A stretch of DNA of 64,000 bases, taken from assembly GCA_014804755.1 (NCBI GenBank), contig JAAUZE010000008.1, positions 100,109 to 164,108 on the forward strand, written 5' to 3'. Positions 58,040 through 64,000 of the stretch are shown piece after piece. The first letter of the stretch is position 1. Each line of letters begins with the position of its first letter. The position numbers and the translations under genes were made by a program. The notes beneath the pieces were generated by a model. The model saw only the letters and a list, made by a program, of their open reading frames with translations, was not told the origin of the DNA and did not search any database. This DNA is from Lachnospiraceae bacterium (lineage in GTDB: Bacteria > Bacillota > Clostridia > Lachnospirales > Lachnospiraceae).

Positions 58040-60169
58040 ATGAGGTATCAGATACGGCATGCGCTGGTGCAGTACGGCGCGGACACGATTATAGAGGATG
58101 TAAATTTTGAGATTCACGACCATGAGAAAATTGCGGTGGTCGGACGGAACGGCTGCGGAAAGACAACGCTCCTAAAGCTGATCAACGGTGACATTACCAT
58201 GAATAATTTGGACAGCGACGAGACGTGCGGCATTACGATGGCGGGAAAGCAGGAGATTGGTTTTTTACATCAGATCAGCTTTCCGGACGCGGACCTCAGC
58301 GTGGAAGAGGAGATCAAGAAAACCTTTGCCGCGGTGTTTGCCTGCGAGGCGCGCATGAAAGAGATTGAGTGTCAGTTGGAGAGCGGCACGGCGTACAGAA
58401 ACGGCAGCGAAGAGGAAGCTGACGGGATGCAGGACGCAGAACCGCAGAGCGAAGAACAACGGCGGCTGCTCGGCGAATACAATGCGCTGCAAAGGCGGAT
58501 GGAGGCGCTCAGAGGATATAGCTGGCGCAGGGACATGGAGATCATGTTTCAGCAGTTCGGTTTTGCGCTTGCGGACTTACAGCGTCCGATTGGGAGCTTT
58601 TCGGGCGGGCAGCAGACGAAGATCGCGTTTATTAAGCTGCTGCTCTCAAGACCGGACATCATGCTATTGGACGAGCCGACCAACCACCTTGACCTGCAGA
58701 CGATCGAATGGCTGGAAGATTATTTGAAAAAATATGACAAAGCTGTCGTTATTGTATCGCATGACCGCATGTTCCTGGACCGCGTGATCGACGTGACCTA
58801 TGAGATCGAGTATCACCGCATCAAGCGTTATCCGGGCAATTACAGCGCATTCATGAAGCGCAAGGAGGAAGACCTGCAGAAGCAGGAGAAGGATTATGAG
58901 GCGCAGCAGAAGGAGATCAAGCGTCTGACGGAGTGGATCGAAAAGTGGAAGAACACGCCGACAAAGGTGGCGTCCGCGCATTCCAAGCAGATGGCGATCG
59001 AGCATATGGTGAAGATCGAGAAGCCGAGGCGGTTTGACACAAAAACCTTCCGCGCCATGTTTATGCCGCGCATCGAAAGCTATACGGAAGTATTGAATGT
59101 CAAAAACCTAAAGATCGGTTATGACAAAGAGCTTGCGGAGGTTTCTTTTTTATTGGAAAAGGGGCAAAAGCTGGCGATTCTCGGGGAGAACGGTATCGGA
59201 AAATCGACGCTGCTCAAAACGCTTGTCGGGTTGATCCCGCCGCTTTCGGGGAGATTCTCATTCGGTCACAATGTGGAGTGGGGGTATTTCGACCAGCAGG
59301 AAGCGGTCATGAAAGACGCGCCGCCGGAGCAGACGATATTGGATAATTTTTGGGAGGAATATCCGAAGCTTTTGCGCGAGCAAGTGCGGAGCGCGCTCGG
59401 TGCGTTTCTTTTTTCGGGGGAGGATGTCATGAAGCAGATGGGGCAGCTTTCCGGAGGGGAGAAAGTGCGCCTGGAGCTCTGTAAAATGTTTTATCGTAAG
59501 CCGAATCTGCTCATTTTGGATGAGCCGACCAACCATATGGATATGGCGGGAAAGGATGCGCTGGAAAAAATGCTGGGGGATTTTCCGGGGACGATCCTGT
59601 TTGTTTCGCATGACCGCTATTTTGTCAGCCGGATCGCGACGGGCGTGCTGGAATTTGACTTGGGCGAGGTGCGGCAGTATCGGGGCGGTTACGAGGAATA
59701 TTTAGAGGAAAAACAGAAGCGCATGAGCGGGGTCGTGAAGGATACCGTGCGGGAGAACGGAACCGCCGCGCAGGGAAAAAAGAATGCCGCCGGAGAGAAA
59801 GCGGGCGGTGCGGGAACGAATGGCAGTCCGGTACAGGCCGGGCAAAGTAATGCAGGGATGAACGGCAGCGGGAACGCCGCAAAGAATCCGACGCTGGACG
59901 ATGTATTTGACAAGAAAACATATTATAATCCGGGAAAGGTTCTGTCCCGGCTCAAAAAGCAGCTGGAAAAGTATGAAAAGCAGCTTGAGGAGAGCGAGGC
60001 GCGGGCGGCGGAGCTGTCTTTACGCCTCATGGAGCCAGAGCTTGCCTCGGACTATCAGAAGCTGATGGAGCTGCAGGAGCAGTTAGACGGCGAGGAGCAT
60101 TTGCAGGAGACACTGTTGGAGCGGATGATGGAGACCGAGACCGAGTTGCAGGAGATGGAGCAGGCATAA
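58040..60169 (+). CDS. ABC-F family ATPase (Uup-like) with low-complexity C-terminal extension
   Basis: Two ABC cassettes (GRNGCGKTTLL; GENGIGKSTLL) joined by charged linker; C-terminal G/A/N-rich region plus coiled coil. Confidence 0.8.
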   Translation: MRYQIRHALVQYGADTIIEDVNFEIHDHEKIAVVGRNGCGKTTLLKLINGDITMNNLDSDETCGITMAGKQEIGFLHQISFPDADLSVEEEIKKTFAAVFACEARMKEIECQLESGTAYRNGSEEEADGMQDAEPQSEEQRRLLGEYNALQRRMEALRGYSWRRDMEIMFQQFGFALADLQRPIGSFSGGQQTKIAFIKLLLSRPDIMLLDEPTNHLDLQTIEWLEDYLKKYDKAVVIVSHDRMFLDRVIDVTYEIEYHRIKRYPGNYSAFMKRKEEDLQKQEKDYEAQQKEIKRLTEWIEKWKNTPTKVASAHSKQMAIEHMVKIEKPRRFDTKTFRAMFMPRIESYTEVLNVKNLKIGYDKELAEVSFLLEKGQKLAILGENGIGKSTLLKTLVGLIPPLSGRFSFGHNVEWGYFDQQEAVMKDAPPEQTILDNFWEEYPKLLREQVRSALGAFLFSGEDVMKQMGQLSGGEKVRLELCKMFYRKPNLLILDEPTNHMDMAGKDALEKMLGDFPGTILFVSHDRYFVSRIATGVLEFDLGEVRQYRGGYEEYLEEKQKRMSGVVKDTVRENGTAAQGKKNAAGEKAGGAGTNGSPVQAGQSNAGMNGSGNAAKNPTLDDVFDKKTYYNPGKVLSRLKKQLEKYEKQLEESEARAAELSLRLMEPELASDYQKLMELQEQLDGEEHLQETLLERMMETETELQEMEQA

Positions 60170-60175
60170 GGCAGT

Positions 60176-61081
60176 ATGGATGAGAAGCTATTTAGGATAC
60201 TAAAAAAGGTATATTATAAAAAAGACTATATCAAAGATGAAAAAGGAAATAAAATACGAGTCAAAACGGGGGATGTATTTGATCTGAAATCGAATACCAG
60301 ACAGTATTCTATAGAAAATCTTTCACCAGAAGAGGTCCTGTATTTACAGGAAAGCGGATTTGTTGTAAATGACATCGTCTATGATACACATGACGATAAC
60401 ATTCATAAGTTAAAGGAAATAATCGGTAATTCAAATCTGACATTGCATAATGTGCTTTCTGCCTATATTGCTGGGTTTGGGAGTTTCCCAAGGGGACGGC
60501 AGCCGATTATGAGCTATTTGTTCGCGCGTGCAGTGCCGCTTCATCATTTTTGCAATTCGCAGGGGAGAGATATATGCGAAATCTGCACAATAAAAAGGGA
60601 TTTTTGGTCCGAAAGGGGAAAGGAAATATTTCGCAGATATTGGGGATATTCCTGGAATGAGTTTGTCGATCGGTTTTATATTGATTTAGAAGAATTTGTG
60701 AAATTGCCCCCACGGACAGCTACGGAAGAAGATTTGCAGATTTTCCGCTCTGTAATTGATATGATACGGAATGCGCCGGAGGATGAAACACCCGGACAGT
60801 TGGAACAACGTATCAAAAAGTCAAAACTGATTCCAAACTGTGAAAAATATAGGTTGCGGGGGCAGCTCATGACATTAGCAGAGCTTGGTGTTATGTATAA
60901 TCCATTTATCAAACCATTGTTTGATGGTTTTACGAATTTTAATACCCGCTGCGAGATAGGACGGAAAGTGCCGGGAAGCAGCCGTTCAGATATAATCCTT
61001 CCGCTAAGCGGTTGGCGTGGCAAATATGGAGTCTGTGAAGAACGGTTTGAGGAACTCTTCGGTTCGTTCTATCGCGAATGA
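60176..61081 (+). CDS. Hypothetical protein
   Basis: 301-aa ORF; no motif. Confidence 0.4.
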   Translation: MDEKLFRILKKVYYKKDYIKDEKGNKIRVKTGDVFDLKSNTRQYSIENLSPEEVLYLQESGFVVNDIVYDTHDDNIHKLKEIIGNSNLTLHNVLSAYIAGFGSFPRGRQPIMSYLFARAVPLHHFCNSQGRDICEICTIKRDFWSERGKEIFRRYWGYSWNEFVDRFYIDLEEFVKLPPRTATEEDLQIFRSVIDMIRNAPEDETPGQLEQRIKKSKLIPNCEKYRLRGQLMTLAELGVMYNPFIKPLFDGFTNFNTRCEIGRKVPGSSRSDIILPLSGWRGKYGVCEERFEELFGSFYRE

Positions 61082-61137
61082 GGATCAAATGATACAAGAT
61101 GCATTTTATAAAGAGCTCAGAAAGTAGGAGAACCGGC

Positions 61138-61998
61138 ATGGACGTGCAATGTCTGATCGTGGACGATGAGGTGGAACTTGCGCAGATGACCTGCGAGTAT
61201 TTTGAGATGTTCGGCGTAAGCTGCAAGTATGTGGAGTCGGCGCGGGAGTGCCTTGCTTTTTTAGCCGAAAACACGGTGGGGCTCATTCTGCTTGACATTA
61301 ATCTGGTGAACGAGAGTGGTTTTTCTCTGTGTAAAAAAATAAGGGAAACCTTGGATATTCCTATCTTATTCATCAGTGCGCGCGATAGCGACAGTGATGT
61401 GCTGATCGCCTTAAACATCGGCGGGGACGATTATATCAAAAAGCCCTATTCTTTAAGCGTGCTGCTTGCGAAGGTACAGGTGGTCTTAAAACGCATGGAA
61501 GCGGGGAGGCGGGCGGCAGCGTGTATAAAAGAAGAAGCATTGCAACAGGAAGCCGGCAGGATGGATGGGACAGGAACGGTGAATGATGCAGAGATGGACG
61601 GCGGAGCGGACAATGTCAAAGGAGCCGGAAGCGCTGCGGGAAGCGGGACGGATCAGGGCGGCGCGGACGCGGGGGAACAGGACGGTCCGCTCCGCCTTGC
61701 GGAGGAAAAGCTGTGCGTGTACCTGAAAAAGAATAGGACCGGAGCAACGAGCAGCGCGGAGGAACAGGAGATTCCCTTAAAGGCGAAGGAGTTTGCGCTG
61801 CTTAAATGCTTATATGAGCACCGCGGAACGATCGTGACGAAGGAGCAGTTGTTTCTTTCGGTGTGGGGCGATGCGTTTTACAGTGACGGCACCCTGAACG
61901 TTCATATCAGGAGGCTGCGGGAAAAGCTGGAGGAGGATCCGTCCGATCCCAGGCTCATCAAAACGATCTGGGGAACGGGATATATGCTGGAAGGATGA
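61138..61998 (+). CDS. Response regulator, OmpR/PhoB-type, with long G/A/D-rich linker
   Basis: Receiver domain (LIVDDE...LLDINL...K), winged-helix C-terminus (LTKEQLF...IWGTGY). Confidence 0.8.
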   Translation: MDVQCLIVDDEVELAQMTCEYFEMFGVSCKYVESARECLAFLAENTVGLILLDINLVNESGFSLCKKIRETLDIPILFISARDSDSDVLIALNIGGDDYIKKPYSLSVLLAKVQVVLKRMEAGRRAAACIKEEALQQEAGRMDGTGTVNDAEMDGGADNVKGAGSAAGSGTDQGGADAGEQDGPLRLAEEKLCVYLKKNRTGATSSAEEQEIPLKAKEFALLKCLYEHRGTIVTKEQLFLSVWGDAFYSDGTLNVHIRRLREKLEEDPSDPRLIKTIWGTGYMLEG

Positions 61999-62083
61999 TC
62001 AGGATGCCCGCCCGCAAGATGGAAAGTGCAGGCTTTTGGGGGGCGGCGTTGTCGGTACGACGTAATCAGGGAGAGGAAATTTC

Positions 62084-63349
62084 ATGACGAAACTGCGGTA
62101 TTGGCTTTTCTGTTATCTGGCGGTCATGCTTTTGCTTTTACTGTTCATCGGATACGGTTTTGAGCGGACGGATGCGGAAGGCAGAGACATGGTTTTTTAT
62201 CATGAGCAGCGCACATTGGCACAGCAGGCGCTGAGGCGGGGGGAGAACCGGGAGCGCGTGGAACGGGAATACGGCTGCCGGATTCTTCTTTTTTCTGATG
62301 AGGATTATGAGATTGCGCTTGGCAGCGCATACCAAAGTGAGGCGCTCATCATGGATTTGATGTGGGAACAAGAGCCGGAGACAGTCCGGCAGGATGGGGA
62401 GTGCGCCGGCAAGATCGTTTGGAATGTGTCTGAACAACGTTATCGGAGCATGGAGCGGATATTATACAGGCGCATGCTGATCATGTGGGGGATTCTTTTG
62501 GCTGGCGGTCTGCTGCTATTCGGTTTTTTCTATGTGCGCTTTATCCGTCCGTTTACGCAATTGCAGACATTTGCGAGGCAGATCGCAAAGGGGAATCTCG
62601 ATTTTCCGCTGCCGATGCGGAAACGCCAGTATTTCGGCGCATTTACGGAAAGCTTTGACCTGATGCGCGAGGAGCTGAAGCGGGCGAAGGAGAGCGAGTA
62701 TCAGGCGAACCGAAGTAAAAGGGAGCTGGTCGCGGAGCTGTCGCACGATATTAAGACGCCGATCGCCACGATCCGGGCAACCTGCGAGGTATTGCAGGTT
62801 AAGGAACAGAATCCCGATACAAAGGCAAAGGTTGCGGTCATTCATGCGAAGGCGGGTATGGTGGATGCGCTGGCGAACAATCTGTTTCAGGCAAGCTTAG
62901 AGGAGCTGGAGGTTCTGAAAGTGGAACCGGCGGAGGAGCAGTCCCCGTGTATCCGCGAGATGTTTGAAGAGTTACAGGATTACAGCGAGATTCGTATAGA
63001 GGGGGATGTGCCGCACTGCCTTGTGTGGATGGACAGGCTCAGGCTTCGTCAGGTCATTGATAATGTTGTCAGCAATTCGTGGAAATATGCGGGTACGCCC
63101 GTGACAGTTACTTTTTTTGAGACGGATCAAAGGCTCGGAATGCGGATCCGGGACGAGGGTGCGGGCGTGGAGACGGACGAGCTTGTCCTGCTCGGCGAGA
63201 AATTTTACCGGGGAAGCAACGCGAAGGGAAAGAGCGGTTCGGGACTCGGGCTGTATCTGGCAAAGCTGTTTATGGAGCGGATGTACGGAGAAATTCATTT
63301 TTGGCAGGAGGGAGGCTTTGTTGTGGAGCTTTCCCTGAAAAAAGTATAA
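62084..63349 (+). CDS. Sensor histidine kinase
   Basis: Two TM helices, HAMP, H-box ELSHDIKTPIATI, N/G boxes (NSWKYAG, GSGLGLYL). Confidence 0.8.
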   Translation: MTKLRYWLFCYLAVMLLLLLFIGYGFERTDAEGRDMVFYHEQRTLAQQALRRGENRERVEREYGCRILLFSDEDYEIALGSAYQSEALIMDLMWEQEPETVRQDGECAGKIVWNVSEQRYRSMERILYRRMLIMWGILLAGGLLLFGFFYVRFIRPFTQLQTFARQIAKGNLDFPLPMRKRQYFGAFTESFDLMREELKRAKESEYQANRSKRELVAELSHDIKTPIATIRATCEVLQVKEQNPDTKAKVAVIHAKAGMVDALANNLFQASLEELEVLKVEPAEEQSPCIREMFEELQDYSEIRIEGDVPHCLVWMDRLRLRQVIDNVVSNSWKYAGTPVTVTFFETDQRLGMRIRDEGAGVETDELVLLGEKFYRGSNAKGKSGSGLGLYLAKLFMERMYGEIHFWQEGGFVVELSLKKV

Positions 63350-63507
63350 AAGACAAAAGAAACAGCATCGAAGCCATAAACGGTTTCGATGCTGTTTTTA
63401 GGCCCGGATGAATAGTCTTGCCATTCCTTCGATAAAGGAATTTTCGTAAAAGGCCGCACATTCCGCATGGCGAAAACGTTATACATGATGAGAGGAGGTT
63501 ATAAGCG

Positions 63508-63957
63508 GTGAATGATCTGGCTGACATTTATGATAAAATATACCGTTTTTGCTTTTATAAAGTGAGAAATTCCTTTGTCGCCGAAGACATCACGCAGGAA
63601 ACCTTTCTCAAATATTTCGGGCAGCAGTCCAAAATACGTCGCGGTCAGGATATGGCTTATCTGTACACGATCGCCAAGAACCTGTGTGTCGATCACTTCC
63701 GGCGAAAGCAGGCTTTGGGATTGACCGAAGATTACCCTGCGGAGGATTTCGCGGAGCAGAGAGAAATCAAGGTAGCTGTCCGAGGCGCGCTCGAAAAGCT
63801 TGACGAGCGGCAGCGCGAGATCATTGTTTTACGATATATCGGCGAGTTGTCAGTGAACGAAACCGCATGCGCGGCGGGAATTTCAAGATTCGCGGTATAT
63901 CGTCTTGAGAAAGCTGCCTTGAAAGAATTGAAAAAACTGATGGAGGGAGTGTTGTAG
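63508..63957 (+). CDS. ECF-subfamily RNA polymerase sigma factor
   Basis: Region 2 (EDITQETFLK...LYTIAKN...DHFRRK) and region 4 HTH; GTG start after GAGGAGG. Confidence 0.75.
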   Translation: MNDLADIYDKIYRFCFYKVRNSFVAEDITQETFLKYFGQQSKIRRGQDMAYLYTIAKNLCVDHFRRKQALGLTEDYPAEDFAEQREIKVAVRGALEKLDERQREIIVLRYIGELSVNETACAAGISRFAVYRLEKAALKELKKLMEGVL

Positions 63958-63959
63958 TA

Positions 63960-64000
63960 TGAAAATCAGGGAGGCTCTGCGAGGCGCTTTTACACCGCCC
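63960..64000 (+). CDS. 5' end of downstream gene (likely anti-sigma factor; partial)
   Basis: ATG 3 nt after the sigma factor stop; truncated by the window edge. Confidence 0.2.

Overview
This window reads as a ~50% GC Firmicutes/Clostridia-type chromosomal segment (Lachnospiraceae-like gene content) that is largely accessory in character. Gene calls rest on motifs I can recognise by eye. No tRNA folds cleanly and no CRISPR array is present. Contents from 5' to 3':
(1) 0.3-7 kb: a cell-surface glycan locus. It carries a TarI/IspD-like cytidylyltransferase, an SDR reductase/epimerase, and two paralogous GT2 glycosyltransferases flanking a GT4.
(2) 7.2-8.7 kb: a Mef/DHA3-like MFS efflux gene preceded by a leader uORF with an embedded 12-bp hairpin.
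(3) 8.8-17.5 kb: a 5'-3' exonuclease, SAM methyltransferases, a DUF4143 AAA ATPase, an HhH-GPD-like protein, a RelB/YoeB toxin-antitoxin pair, a MerR regulator and GNATs.
(4) 17.7-20.65 kb: the most unusual feature. A XerC/D-like tyrosine recombinase gene is immediately followed by a 1.95-kb AT-rich cassette bounded by perfect 67-bp inverted repeats. Each repeat supplies the Shine-Dalgarno to one of two convergent inward-reading genes, a P-loop kinase-like protein and a TIR-domain protein with the catalytic-Glu motif. I interpret this as a candidate invertible or mobile TIR-based (defence-like) module that has not been described.
(5) 21-27 kb and 32.7-38.8 kb: archipelagos of small-molecule-modifying enzymes (GNATs, HAD, P-loop kinase, NTase/DUF4037, protein phosphatase, DHFR-like, PNPOx, ICMT, methyltransferases, CPBP protease).
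(6) 27.2-32.5 kb: two tandem WYL-domain genes divergent from rtcB. rtcB is followed by a 582-nt ORF-free, highly structured region with tRNA-like (Y-RNA-like?) modules and then an SPFH gene.
(7) 38.8-39 kb: a strongly promoted, terminated ~110-nt candidate sRNA or riboswitch-like leader upstream of a WYL/HTH regulator.
(8) 42.1-47.3 kb: an SOS-type module (SRAP/YedK, a Y-family polymerase with a Cheo/LexA box, YolD-like). It is split by a 2.7-kb AT-rich islet (DUF3800 protein, RelB/ParE-like toxin-antitoxin pair, candidate sRNA) flanked by ~70-bp imperfect direct repeats that duplicate the 3' end of the SRAP gene.
(9) 47.3-64 kb: an EAL phosphodiesterase, tmk, bactofilin, an M23 peptidase, a sugar ABC transporter operon with an embedded FRG-domain gene, a lipoprotein, an ABC-F ATPase, a two-component system and an ECF sigma factor.
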